IMG/VR virus record: IMGVR_UViG_3300014050_000004
Span: 1-64,000 of that record
DNA: 64,000 bases
Strand: one strand, 5' to 3'
Source: a virus
Made by a program: the position numbers and the translations under genes. Below, piece after piece: positions 34,699 to 44,668 of this stretch (positions within the stretch are counted from its first letter, which is position 1; the number at the start of each line of letters is the position of its first letter). Under the pieces are notes generated by a model. The model had not been told where the DNA came from, did no database searches, and worked only from the letters and a program-made list of their open reading frames with translations.

Positions 34699-35496
34699 CC
34701 TTCCAAAAACTCTGTTTATCCAACAAGAAGCTTCCGTCTCGTTGAACTCTGAACAGATGTCATACATACGCAAATTATCATCGCTCGTTTTTACCATCGG
34801 CCAAGGAGCCCAATGAAGAGTACATTCATGGGAAATGTTCAAACCTTTCTCCCTCACAGTAACCTTCGCAACGTAACCTCCTTCCAGAGGATTGCTTCTC
34901 TCCGAGACGAATTCTATCTTGTCTGTGAAAAAGTCTCCATACGACAACAGGTGTTTGGAAAATTTGACTTGAGTCTCCGCAATGTCTTTCACAACTCTAT
35001 CCGGAGTTCCGATGACTTCAGACACAATGTGTTCTCCGGCATTTGTGAAACTCCCGGAGAAGTAGTCTCTTAGTATTTCATTTTTGTTTACAAACCTTTG
35101 GTCTCCCCTTGCACCGACCATATCGTTGTAGCTTTCAACGAAATCGGCATCTCTTTTGTTGTCGAAACTCAACTTGTTCATCAAGGCATACAGGAAAACC
35201 CTAATTTCAAGCAAACTCTCGATGATCTTTTTGAGGAAAGTTTCTTTCTGGTTGCAGACCAGCGGGTACAATGCTCTGACGTCTCCACTCGTTGCAAAGA
35301 TCAGAGCGTCATAAGCCGTGACCTTCTCGCTGTAGTCCCGGAATTTCACCTCCACGAGCCCCAAGAGAATGCCCTGGTCCACCCCGTTGCGTAAAGGTCC
35401 AAAGTCGTTTGCCACAAACACGATCGCCATGAGCAGGTCTTTCCTGTCACATGCTTTCACTGCTCCGACTTTTTCAAGGAAACTGGAAACTCTCAT
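34693..35496 (-). CDS. Hypothetical protein, 267 aa
   Basis: TAATG-coupled to the upstream exonuclease gene. Confidence 0.8.
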   Translation of the reverse strand: MRVSSFLEKVGAVKACDRKDLLMAIVFVANDFGPLRNGVDQGILLGLVEVKFRDYSEKVTAYDALIFATSGDVRALYPLVCNQKETFLKKIIESLLEIRVFLYALMNKLSFDNKRDADFVESYNDMVGARGDQRFVNKNEILRDYFSGSFTNAGEHIVSEVIGTPDRVVKDIAETQVKFSKHLLSYGDFFTDKIEFVSERSNPLEGGYVAKVTVREKGLNISHECTLHWAPWPMVKTSDDNLRMYDICSEFNETEASCWINRVFGRG

Positions 35497-36464
35497 TACA
35501 ACACAGTGGGGGCTTCAAGGTTAATTTTTACAAACTGCTTCAAGGTTTGATCAAAGTGGTCACTCAATATGTTCGGGGCAGGGTCGTTCACGCACTCCAC
35601 AAGTTGTGAGAACCAAGGGGCCACCTTCTCAACAACAAAGTCTGTGTTAGGTTCACAAAGGTCAAACAGACACTTTGGGCTTCCAGGGGGCAAGTTGTCC
35701 CCCATGTCACCATGTTTCACTTTCCACTCTGCGAGGTTTTTGGGGTGGTCAAGATCAAAACCCATTTTGTGTTTTGTGTGTTCAATAACCCCAAGATTGC
35801 CAACTAGCCTCTCTTGTATCTTCTCCCTTGCAAAAGGTACTCTAGTGTTTGCAAAGTACACCCTGTGGTCTTCGTCAACCAACTGGCTCCAATCTCTGTC
35901 CAAAGTTGACATGAGTATTTGGCGCTTTCTAACTACGCTCTCTGGGCTGCTGTCCCTGCTAAGCCTATATATGCAACCCATGATGTCATCAGCTTCGAAA
36001 CCTTCTTGAGAAAACACAGGGAAGTAATTGTTGACGTACTCCCAGCCAATGTCGTGAATCCTCCAGAACTTGTCGTCCTTTTCCTTCCTGGTGCCCTTGT
36101 AGTTTGTTGGTATGCTGGACAGCTCAACCTTCTCCTTCTCAGCATAGTTCATCCAGGCTGTTTGGACCTCTGCAGAGCGTCTCATATATCGGTCTCTCCA
36201 GTAGTTGCCAGTGTCCTTGAAACGAGAGTCTGCAATTACAACGATTCTGTAGGGGTGTCGAGGTAGCATGTCCGGTCCCCTATTGATTCTCAGAGCCCAA
36301 GCCCCCTTGATGAGTTTGTCTTCCACATCTTCGGAAAAGTCACCTTCTATGGTGTTCTCAAACCAGTACTTTACGGCATGCAAGTACACGAAAAAGTCAA
36401 CGACCACTAACGGCGCAGGGCTAAAGTCCAGCTTGATATGGTTCTCTAACTTGGGTCTGTTCAT
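35496..36464 (-). CDS. 5'-3' exonuclease / RNase H (FEN-like; likely start MNRPK)
   Basis: VVVDF, YKGTR, GFEADDIMG, TLDRDWSQL and GDMGDNLP motifs. Confidence 0.88.
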   Translation of the reverse strand: MNRPKLENHIKLDFSPAPLVVVDFFVYLHAVKYWFENTIEGDFSEDVEDKLIKGAWALRINRGPDMLPRHPYRIVVIADSRFKDTGNYWRDRYMRRSAEVQTAWMNYAEKEKVELSSIPTNYKGTRKEKDDKFWRIHDIGWEYVNNYFPVFSQEGFEADDIMGCIYRLSRDSSPESVVRKRQILMSTLDRDWSQLVDEDHRVYFANTRVPFAREKIQERLVGNLGVIEHTKHKMGFDLDHPKNLAEWKVKHGDMGDNLPPGSPKCLFDLCEPNTDFVVEKVAPWFSQLVECVNDPAPNILSDHFDQTLKQFVKINLEAPTVL

Positions 36465-36673
36465 GAGATTCTCGGCATGGTGAGTTCCATATAAAAGGTC
36501 GGATAAACTCTGTTTGTTTCCCCGAACCATTCCCCATTATAAAACTCCCAAATTTTCACCTCGTTAGGGTTGAACTCCCCAAAGGAGTCTTCGAAAGCTA
36601 CGAGATAAGGGCCATTTTTTGTTGGAAGATCCTCCAGAAGTTTCCAAGTGCCTCTGATAACCTGATTGTTCAT
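36461..36673 (-). CDS. Small hypothetical protein, DUF551-like (start MNNQV)
   Basis: ATGA-coupled on both sides; WKLLEDLPTKNGPYLV. Confidence 0.65.
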   Translation of the reverse strand: MNNQVIRGTWKLLEDLPTKNGPYLVAFEDSFGEFNPNEVKIWEFYNGEWFGETNRVYPTFYMELTMPRIS

Positions 36674-37389
36674 TTTTCTAGGGTTTCGGTGTGGAAGTAA
36701 GCTTCGTAGGTTAATGGTAAAACGTCTTTGATAACACTTTTGATGGCTCTTGCAAGTTCGCAATGCTCATGTTGAACTACTCCCTCTTCGTCTCTTACCA
36801 TCAAATAGTGGACAAATGACCTTACGTCTCCAGTTACATAGAGTCGGGTGTACACTCCCTGAGGAAGTACGAATCTTGCAACTTCCTTCGCCACCCCCAT
36901 GTCTATGAGGTTGGTGTAGGCTTCTATGGAAGCCTTGTAGGCATTCTCCATTTCTCTTTTCATGGAAGCTGTGAGAAATTCGCTCTCAGTGGGAATGCTT
37001 TTTTGTCTGTTTTTGGAGTCTTGCTCTCGCGCAATTTCGGGGATGTAAAACATTTCCATATAGGCGTTCAACCCAGAGGTATGTTTACGCATTAGCTCCT
37101 GGTTTTCGTACCTACCCGAAAATTGCTGAAACTTGAACGACCTGTGTCTCAGAACTTGTATGGAGATTGCCAAGGGAGTAACTACTTCTACGGTTAAATG
37201 GCCGTGTTCAAACACACTGACGTGGCCTTCCCTTTGACAGTACCTTAATAGATTTACAATGTTAGGGTTTTCCTGGTTCTTGCTCGTGACCCTAGCAATG
37301 TAAGCTATAACTTCTTCGATATTTGGGGTTGCACTGACTAGGCGAGCTTTTGATGACCCTTCGATACTCCAGATGTTGGTATTTTCCAT
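36670..37389 (-). CDS. thyX: Flavin-dependent thymidylate synthase
   Basis: GHVSVFEH, QVLRHRSFKFQQFSGRY, KEVARFVLP. Confidence 0.96.
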   Translation of the reverse strand: MENTNIWSIEGSSKARLVSATPNIEEVIAYIARVTSKNQENPNIVNLLRYCQREGHVSVFEHGHLTVEVVTPLAISIQVLRHRSFKFQQFSGRYENQELMRKHTSGLNAYMEMFYIPEIAREQDSKNRQKSIPTESEFLTASMKREMENAYKASIEAYTNLIDMGVAKEVARFVLPQGVYTRLYVTGDVRSFVHYLMVRDEEGVVQHEHCELARAIKSVIKDVLPLTYEAYFHTETLEK

Positions 37390-37390
37390 T

Positions 37391-38050
37391 TCAGAATCCT
37401 AGGTCAATTTCGTCTGCTTCAACCTTCGAAGGGTCGTACTCTCCGGCCATGATTTGCATCAGCTTCAATGTGCTCATGCAGTCCACCAAAGAGTCGTGCG
37501 CCATTCCAGCACCGAGCTTTGGCAACTTATGCCACCTTAGACCCTCTTTCTTCTCGTTCCACTCTCCCTTGAACTCGGAATACTTTTCCATGGCACAAGA
37601 GATGCCAGATACTTTGGGAACCTTCAAAGAATACTTTTTGAACAAACTCCACAGAAGCTTGATGTCAAAGCCACTGTTGTAACACACAACGTGCTTGTCT
37701 TCTAATACGAAGCTCAGAAACTTTGCAACTTGGGGGAATGTTGGCAAAGACTCAACATCTTCATTGGTGATCTTATGGATACTCATGACCTTTTCTGTCA
37801 TCGGCTTGTTAGGCTTGACCATTACCGAAAGCAAAGGTCTTCCTTTCACGTTGATGACGCTGACCTGACATACTTCGGTATCGGGATCTTCACTAGGCAG
37901 TCCCGTGGTTTCAGTATCAACAATCACGGTGTTGGGGTCGGAGAGCCTTTCTATAGCCCATTCTTGAGCTCTGCTTTTGAACTCACTAAACTCTAACTCT
38001 GTGGGTTTCACTGCTTCAAAAAGTGTTTTTAGAGGGGTGTACTCAACCAA
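37391..38050 (-). CDS. DEDDh 3'-5' exonuclease (DnaQ/epsilon-like)
   Basis: IVDTETTGL, YNSGFD, AHDSLVDC. Confidence 0.92.
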   Translation of the reverse strand: MVEYTPLKTLFEAVKPTELEFSEFKSRAQEWAIERLSDPNTVIVDTETTGLPSEDPDTEVCQVSVINVKGRPLLSVMVKPNKPMTEKVMSIHKITNEDVESLPTFPQVAKFLSFVLEDKHVVCYNSGFDIKLLWSLFKKYSLKVPKVSGISCAMEKYSEFKGEWNEKKEGLRWHKLPKLGAGMAHDSLVDCMSTLKLMQIMAGEYDPSKVEADEIDLGF

Positions 38051-38261
38051 TAGTATAGTCCACAGAGCCCTCGGGTAACTCGTTCACCGAATAATAATCC
38101 CTGTTGATCCTTTCTTTCCACTCCAAAACCTTAGTGAAGGCCAAGATGAGATCTGTAGAATATCCATGCACTCTTTCCTTGTCGTCTGGACCGTCCGAAA
38201 GGCAAAACTCATACACTTCTTGCCCGTTTGGGCTCTTGATGGTCGTAATTTCAAGTTTCAT
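38043..38261 (-). CDS. Hypothetical protein, 72 aa
   Basis: Coupled to flanking ORFs. Confidence 0.7.
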   Translation of the reverse strand: MKLEITTIKSPNGQEVYEFCLSDGPDDKERVHGYSTDLILAFTKVLEWKERINRDYYSVNELPEGSVDYTIG

Positions 38262-38620
38262 TAATCGTATCTGATTGGTAGTATACCAAAGTCCTCTGTG
38301 TCATACAGTCCCCTGTCAATTGACTTACCACCGAGCCTTCTGTAAGAATACACTTTACCCGTGAAAAAGATCCTCTCATTTCTTTCCGGGATTTTGCCTA
38401 TTTTCGAGAACTGCTTTCTCAGAATCCACAAATGGTCAAGGTATAGGGACTCTCCAAGAGGTATGGGAGTGACAATAACATTCACCAGACAGAGAGAGTC
38501 TAGATCCTTACGGGTACTATGTTTCCTAAGCTCCTTGATCCTCCCTGAACAATGAACTTCGGTTCCCTTGAGAAACTTTAAATCTTCTCTTTGTCTAATT
38601 ACTGTTGATTCCTCAAGCAC
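38261..38620 (-). CDS. Hypothetical protein, 119 aa
   Basis: Beta-rich ORF; GGGTAGAAT variant upstream at 38642-38650. Confidence 0.7.
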   Translation of the reverse strand: MLEESTVIRQREDLKFLKGTEVHCSGRIKELRKHSTRKDLDSLCLVNVIVTPIPLGESLYLDHLWILRKQFSKIGKIPERNERIFFTGKVYSYRRLGGKSIDRGLYDTEDFGILPIRYD

Positions 38621-38679
38621 TCAAAGCAAGACTCTATTTCAATTCTACCCTCGAAGAAATCGGGTAAAGTTATCAGCAT

Positions 38680-39444
38680 GTGAAAACAACCTTTATGCTG
38701 GGTAAAGAAACTTTCGGTCTGAACAAGGGAGAATACGCCGACAAGCTAGGGAGAATCATTAACAACTTTCCCGTCAACTCACGGCTCATTGGGGAGCCTC
38801 GGGAATTTGTGCTGAGGTCTTGTCGCCTGGTGCAAACGTGGGAGAAGTTGGCTAATGACCCAGAGGTGCGGCTCTATGTTAGAAATATATCCATAGCTGG
38901 GGGAAGGAAGGTCAAACTCTTGAGCCTTGAGTTGAACCATACTAAGCAACCCGTTCCCAAAAACAAGCTCATGGACGCTCTTTTTCCACCTAAGAAGATT
39001 AAGTCTTCGGCAACTTCGGAGGAGAGCCACTACAACAAGGTCAAATCTGCAATGAGGTTTGGAGTTGGGGACCAACTCAAAGATTTCAGATCCAAAGCCA
39101 AACTACCTACCGTGTGCTATATATCCGGGAAAGAACTTCGCAGGGGAAACCGTATAGATGTGGACCACGTGGGAATGTCTTTCTCTGAGATAGCAGATTC
39201 TTTTTTAGCCTCAGAAGGTCTTGTTTACACTGACGTTTATTTGGTTGGCCCTCCCACCGCAAAAAGATTCAAGGACCCTTTCCTATGGGAAAGGTGGCAA
39301 TCCTTTCACAAGGAGAAGGCCCAATTCAGCTTGGTATGCGCCTCTGCTAACCGCTCTAAGGGAGCAGGAGACTACAAAACCCCGGAAAGTCTGTACGGGA
39401 GTTTTTCACGGGAAGACCCCGAAGATCTAGCCTTGGACTTTTAG
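38680..39444 (+). CDS. Hypothetical protein with DCL/DUF3223-like N-part and HNH-like C-part
   Basis: CYISG...IDVDHVGMSF...LVCASANRSK resembles a beta-beta-alpha-metal nuclease; plus-strand gene. Confidence 0.55.
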   Translation: MKTTFMLGKETFGLNKGEYADKLGRIINNFPVNSRLIGEPREFVLRSCRLVQTWEKLANDPEVRLYVRNISIAGGRKVKLLSLELNHTKQPVPKNKLMDALFPPKKIKSSATSEESHYNKVKSAMRFGVGDQLKDFRSKAKLPTVCYISGKELRRGNRIDVDHVGMSFSEIADSFLASEGLVYTDVYLVGPPTAKRFKDPFLWERWQSFHKEKAQFSLVCASANRSKGAGDYKTPESLYGSFSREDPEDLALDF

Positions 39445-39445
39445 G

Positions 39446-40495
39446 TCAGGGTACGACCTGGGTATATTTGAAGGTGACTGTGAATGCCGAGGGAGAAACG
39501 CCTGTGTTCGTCACTCTGAAGAACATTCCAGAGGTTGTGTAGAATGCTGGCACTGGCACGAAGCTAATGTCGTACACTGAGAGAGAAGTGACAGCTTCTG
39601 CTGCGAACCCAGTACTTGCGCAGGGGTAAGGAGCACCCGGAAGTGTCCGAGTATCCGAACTTCTGCCTGCACTTGTAGTGTATCCCCGAATCCAGGCACT
39701 CGAGGGTGTTGTGGTGCCTGCAGATATAAGGAAAAACAGAGTCCCAAAGTCCAAGTTGAAATCTTGGTAAGACCCTGCGTTCAGCGAAGCTGTTGTGAAG
39801 GTGAGGGTTTCTACGGTTGGAGTGGGAGGCACAGGTGCTGCGGCCCACTTCATCCCCAAGGGCTCAGCAGGATCAGCAACAAGGTACTCACCTGTGTCTC
39901 CAAGAGGTAGTATATCTGGAGTGTTCGGCCCCGAGCCTACAATCAGGTCGCCCTTGGCATCGATAATGGAGTTCTGAATCGAATCTGTTGTGGGAAGTGG
40001 AGCCCACTTCATCCCCAAAGGTTCGGAGGGGTCGGCAAAAAGGCACTCTCCAGTATCTCCGATTGCCAGAATGCTTGGGTTGTCGTTGGACTGACCCACA
40101 ATCAGGTCACCTTTCGCAGCAATTATAGAGTTCTCAATGTAGTCCCCACCTGGGCCAGGGTCACCCGACCCTGTTGTAATCCATGAGGATCCGTCCCATA
40201 TTTTGAGCAAAGGGTTACTCTCGCTTGTTGTGTCAAGCCAAAATTCACCTTTACAGTTCCCCGCATATCCGGCAGGATCGGAATTTGGAGGGTCGGACCC
40301 TACGAAGCAAGGGCCAATCTTAACCAACTCCCCATTATTGCTGTCGGAAAAGTACAGTCCGGGTTCGGCCAAGTTGATGTTGATGGCTGGTTGTCCATCT
40401 AACAGCAAGCTTGGGTTCGGCCTTTTGCTAGCTACAGAAGACCTGAGAAGTTGGATCGGAGTGATTATGTCTGAGCTGCTTGATGGCGAAGGCAT
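39446..40495 (-). CDS. Tail fibre/collar-type virion protein with internal repeat
   Basis: N-terminus paralogous to 44669..49477; duplicated NSII.AKGDLIVG...PLGMKWA unit. Confidence 0.7.
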   Translation of the reverse strand: MPSPSSSSDIITPIQLLRSSVASKRPNPSLLLDGQPAININLAEPGLYFSDSNNGELVKIGPCFVGSDPPNSDPAGYAGNCKGEFWLDTTSESNPLLKIWDGSSWITTGSGDPGPGGDYIENSIIAAKGDLIVGQSNDNPSILAIGDTGECLFADPSEPLGMKWAPLPTTDSIQNSIIDAKGDLIVGSGPNTPDILPLGDTGEYLVADPAEPLGMKWAAAPVPPTPTVETLTFTTASLNAGSYQDFNLDFGTLFFLISAGTTTPSSAWIRGYTTSAGRSSDTRTLPGAPYPCASTGFAAEAVTSLSVYDISFVPVPAFYTTSGMFFRVTNTGVSPSAFTVTFKYTQVVP

Positions 40496-40525
40496 TTGGA
40501 TAGCGGTTGTAAATGCAATAAGTTA

Positions 40526-40534
40526 AACTTACCC
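40526..40534 (-). promoter_or_regulatory. GGGTAA motif (putative late promoter)
   Basis: GGGTAAGTT, 31 nt upstream of ATG 40495. Confidence 0.7.
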
Positions 40535-40542
40535 GGAAAACG

Positions 40543-43500
40543 TTATATTTTCACTACCACTATCATCCCGTGGTTGGGGTGCTCATTTATGACAGTACTG
40601 ATAGCTTGCTGCTTGTACAAGTAGTATATGTTGTGAAGTCCAGGGGTAAGGGATCGAGCCCATTGGGACCCTGCTGTTGTGTTAATTAATTGGCACTCTC
40701 CGTAGAAAGCGTCATCCGGAGGAGCCGTTGTCGAATCTATTCCTGGAGCCACATATATTACACACTCGTAGGGAGAAGAAAGAGGATTGTTGTAAATGTC
40801 CAAGAACGCTGTAACCAAGGTGTTATTAGCTTGAACGAAACTCACTCTTGGGGCAACAGGATAGACCGAGCTTGGGGGAGTGGCCCAGCTTAAAGTTGGA
40901 TAGTCCCAAGAGTCTCCGAAGAAGTACACAGCTCTTGCATCGTACAAATTATACAAATTTGCAAGATAGACTTTCGGGAATCCTGAGCTTCCTGATCCAG
41001 AGACAACTCCGCCAAGTGAGATGGTGGAATTGCCAGCTGTGGTTGTGCGGATCACTCCCACCAATCTCTTTCCAGCCTCTCCCGATTTGTGAGGTATGCC
41101 ATCTTTGTACCCTCTTGAGGGTGGCGTTGAATCGTTGACCCAAGGAGAGAAGTCTGCAGCCAGAACAGGAGTCAAAAGAGTTCCGGAGTTGTAAAGATAT
41201 ATGTCGTAGAGGGTGTTGGCAGCGAGAGAGCTGAGAGAGAAAGATGGTATTGTGATAGTATCAAACTTGAGAACGTACCACCTTGGATACAAACCACTGG
41301 GCTCATACAAAGCAATCTCATTTCCATTCCAAGGGTGCACATACAGGGTGCTTCCGCTTTGGTCTGAGGACGGTACAGCTGAAGTAGAACTGAGACTTAA
41401 TCTCAAGTTCACAACATTCTTGACGGAATCTCCCAGAGCTTGAATAAGGGTTGCAGGAGTGACTGCAAGGGTGTTAGAAGTGAATTGCTTCACTTCTTCA
41501 TTCGTGGCAATCTCAATAATGCCAGCTTGAGTTTCTGAGGCCAGAGGGAAGTTCTGTATCTGGCAAGATTCTCCTATGATGAGGTTGTTTTCTACAGTAA
41601 GATTGTCAACAACTAGGTTCGGGTAGTAGGTTGGAATGTCAACTCCGCCAAACGGATTTCCGATGTCTGCAACGCTCGTTACAGAGCCAGTTGCCAGATC
41701 TGTCAAACCAGCAGCACTTACGAAGTACCCTTCTTGGTTGAAGCCGGTTGCATACACCCTTCCGCCCAAGCTGTTGGTGAAGTAGTATGTAAACTGGTTT
41801 TGTACGGAGAGATCTCCTTGGTAGCTTGGGAGAGCCTTCGTGTAATTCAAGAAACCAGCCCACTCCCATGAGTGACCAAACATTCGAATTATGGTCGGTC
41901 TTCTGAACTCTATGGGCCAATTTGATAGCAGGGAAGCAGCTCCATCAGGCACATAGCCTTTCATGTCAACGTTCGATGCTGGGTTCAACTCCCTGTTTGC
42001 CGTCGTTGTTGGAGTCAAAATGTCTTCTGCTTCGGAAAGTGAGAAACCAATTCCGAGCAAGAACTGAAGAACCCCTCTATAATCCGTTGAAGAGGTGTAC
42101 TGGGCTTTAATGAGAGGGTCGCTCACCCAACAAGTGGAAAGATTATAGCCGCAGTTTTGAGTGTACCCGTCTCCATCAGTATCGTTGTCGAAGTATACGG
42201 ATGGAGCAAGGGTAGAGAAGTAGTCGTAAGCGTTGTAATCGCTTGGCATGTGAACGTACGACTGATTCCATTTGTACGTGTCAAACAGAGTGTCGGAGTT
42301 CTGAATCAAGCAAGTGTAGTGCTTATTCTGATATCTAACCGTATCTCCAGGTCTGTAGAACTTGCCTGCACCCCAAAGATTCGTAGCGTTTGATCTTTGA
42401 ACAGTTATCTGTACCTTTTTCACCACCGGGTCATTTCCGATGGGGATCGGACCGGACTTGTTCACAAGCACCATGTCTTCTTCCGGAAGAAGGCTGTCAA
42501 TGCCTCCTTCTGGACCAACAACTGTCTGAATTACATAGTCTCTGAGGGGAGTCCTTACGTTGTTGTCAGTATTTGTGACTATGAGTGAGTACCTTCTTTG
42601 GTCAACGGATCTGTTGTCAACCAGGCGTCGAATGTAGACCCTATTCCCCGCCAAATCCGGATTAATTCCGGATCCTGGTGTTTCTCCTGAGTCGCTTTCT
42701 AGGGGTACGGTGATTTCAATCTCATCTGGCTGAGAAGAATTCCAGGCGGAGGCTGTGAGAGGAGATCTCCAGTCTGGCCCGACAGGGTTTTCTACCCACA
42801 AGTAGCTTCCAGCCCGGAGAGAGTAATTCTTGGAGTTGAGTATCTCAGGGTTCCCTGGAGAAGAAGGAGAGTCAAGGAGAGGTTCAGTTAGGACAAGAGT
42901 GGTTGCATTGTTCGCTACACCGGAGTCAATCGTTCCAATGTAGATGGACACTACGTTGAGAGTTTGATCCGTCAAGTTTGTAGCAATGCTTATCGACCCA
43001 ACATTCCAGTTTGTGTCTTGTGGGAAGGCTTCTGATCTATATCCCTCTGCCAAAGCTGCACAGCCACCGAAAGAGCTGTTTGAGTTGGTTATAGAGATCT
43101 CTCCGCCACTCTTCGCCCAATGGTGAATGCCCTGACCGATCGCAAAAACTGAAACTTCCTGAATGAATGCCCCATTTGAGGCTTTTATGTGGAAGCTCTT
43201 TTTCAGAGGGTCCATCCTGACATTGTTTGGATCCAAAGAGATGTAAGTGGAGTAGTTTGTGATTGTGTTGGTCCATGTTTTTGGACCGGTATTATACCTC
43301 TGCCAGCAAGTCAGGTCTTTTTGGATGCTTACCCCAGTGAACTGGGCTGTTACAATAGACCTGAATCCGGTGACATTTGAACCGTTGGCATCTATGCCGC
43401 ACAATCCGTAAGAGGACCTGACAGAGCAGTTGAAGATATAAGGAGATGATCCGAATACTCCGTCTGTGTCCTCTTCAGGGGAACCCTGAGGGGCAGGGGC

Positions 43501-44634
43501 AACAATCTCAGTTTCTCCAGGAGCAACAATCTGATTTGGGGCGTCTTGGTCGAATACCGTTTGTACCTTGTTGTAGTAAGAGGTCAGATCTGAGTCTGAG
43601 ACAAAAGAGAAACACTCCAATAGGTGGTGGCTTTGGTTGTGTCCCAGTTTGTCCTTAAAAGTGAAATTGAAGAAAAACGCTCCTCCAGTAACTCTAAGGA
43701 TAGAAGCTCTGTCATCTTCAATGTCTCCTGTTCGATCTGGAACAAAGGTTGGACGTATGACCGTCTTCCTCAGGTCTTCCCCAATTACCGAAACTCCTCG
43801 TGGAAGGATTATGCCGCCAAAGCTCGAGCTGTTCATGGCTCTCAGGGCTTCCGCGGAAGGTGTTGTTCCATTTACCCAAGGGAGCACAGAGTTGCTTCCA
43901 AGAGCATTATCAATGATGTGTTCCCCTGTGGAGCACTTGATAACGAATCTGTCGAAGAGTTGAGAATCGCTGCCAAGAGCGATTTGAATCCTGGCAACTT
44001 CAAGAGCTGCTCTGGCAATAGTCTTAAAGGGTCTCTGGGGTGTGTAACCAGCAACTGTCATCTGGTTTGTGATTACCGGTGTCACTTCAGAGTTGTACAC
44101 CCCTGTTACATACTCGTCAGATCCAATCTCAGGGTTCACATACAATGTGTAGGACCCTGTTAGCAACTCGCTACTTAGGTCTACTGGGCCGTAGCTAACC
44201 TGAGCCCACTCATCGTTTATACTGATGAAAAGGGTGTTATTTTCGGAGTTCCAGTACAAACTGCCCTCGGCAGCCTCATTATTGCCTGTCCCAATTACCG
44301 GTTCAGTGGCAGATTGAGGAACAATGGGCTTCAAGCTCATGGAAGTGGAGCCTTCAATAGAAAGCCCAAATCCTTTCTTAACCCAGAGCAGAGAGTTTGA
44401 GGTTCCGTTGAAAAGGAAAGCATCCGACTCTGGAGCATTTGGCCATGTGTAGGAGTTGAAAGCTCCTTGGTTATTTGTTTTGACCACCCCTGAGGCTGTC
44501 GTCGGATTGAAGGATATCGTACCGTCTGAAGCTATGGATACTCCCGGACCTTGCTTAACACCCTGGGGTTGTCCTGGGAGAACAGGACCTTGTCCGTTGT
44601 CTCCCATTAGCAATTGAGCTCTAGTTAGTCCCAC
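40543..44634 (-). CDS. Large tail fibre/baseplate structural protein, 1363 aa
   Basis: TLYVNPEIGSD...RPFKTIARAALE and beta-helix-like segments; paralog of the next gene. Confidence 0.75.
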   Translation of the reverse strand: MGLTRAQLLMGDNGQGPVLPGQPQGVKQGPGVSIASDGTISFNPTTASGVVKTNNQGAFNSYTWPNAPESDAFLFNGTSNSLLWVKKGFGLSIEGSTSMSLKPIVPQSATEPVIGTGNNEAAEGSLYWNSENNTLFISINDEWAQVSYGPVDLSSELLTGSYTLYVNPEIGSDEYVTGVYNSEVTPVITNQMTVAGYTPQRPFKTIARAALEVARIQIALGSDSQLFDRFVIKCSTGEHIIDNALGSNSVLPWVNGTTPSAEALRAMNSSSFGGIILPRGVSVIGEDLRKTVIRPTFVPDRTGDIEDDRASILRVTGGAFFFNFTFKDKLGHNQSHHLLECFSFVSDSDLTSYYNKVQTVFDQDAPNQIVAPGETEIVAPAPQGSPEEDTDGVFGSSPYIFNCSVRSSYGLCGIDANGSNVTGFRSIVTAQFTGVSIQKDLTCWQRYNTGPKTWTNTITNYSTYISLDPNNVRMDPLKKSFHIKASNGAFIQEVSVFAIGQGIHHWAKSGGEISITNSNSSFGGCAALAEGYRSEAFPQDTNWNVGSISIATNLTDQTLNVVSIYIGTIDSGVANNATTLVLTEPLLDSPSSPGNPEILNSKNYSLRAGSYLWVENPVGPDWRSPLTASAWNSSQPDEIEITVPLESDSGETPGSGINPDLAGNRVYIRRLVDNRSVDQRRYSLIVTNTDNNVRTPLRDYVIQTVVGPEGGIDSLLPEEDMVLVNKSGPIPIGNDPVVKKVQITVQRSNATNLWGAGKFYRPGDTVRYQNKHYTCLIQNSDTLFDTYKWNQSYVHMPSDYNAYDYFSTLAPSVYFDNDTDGDGYTQNCGYNLSTCWVSDPLIKAQYTSSTDYRGVLQFLLGIGFSLSEAEDILTPTTTANRELNPASNVDMKGYVPDGAASLLSNWPIEFRRPTIIRMFGHSWEWAGFLNYTKALPSYQGDLSVQNQFTYYFTNSLGGRVYATGFNQEGYFVSAAGLTDLATGSVTSVADIGNPFGGVDIPTYYPNLVVDNLTVENNLIIGESCQIQNFPLASETQAGIIEIATNEEVKQFTSNTLAVTPATLIQALGDSVKNVVNLRLSLSSTSAVPSSDQSGSTLYVHPWNGNEIALYEPSGLYPRWYVLKFDTITIPSFSLSSLAANTLYDIYLYNSGTLLTPVLAADFSPWVNDSTPPSRGYKDGIPHKSGEAGKRLVGVIRTTTAGNSTISLGGVVSGSGSSGFPKVYLANLYNLYDARAVYFFGDSWDYPTLSWATPPSSVYPVAPRVSFVQANNTLVTAFLDIYNNPLSSPYECVIYVAPGIDSTTAPPDDAFYGECQLINTTAGSQWARSLTPGLHNIYYLYKQQAISTVINEHPNHGMIVVVKI

Positions 44635-44657
44635 TGATGAACATAAAGATTGTAATG

Positions 44658-44667
44658 ATTTTTACCC
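44658..44667 (-). promoter_or_regulatory. GGGTAA motif (putative late promoter)
   Basis: GGGTAAAAAT, 24 nt upstream of GTG 44634. Confidence 0.7.
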
Positions 44668-44668
44668 C

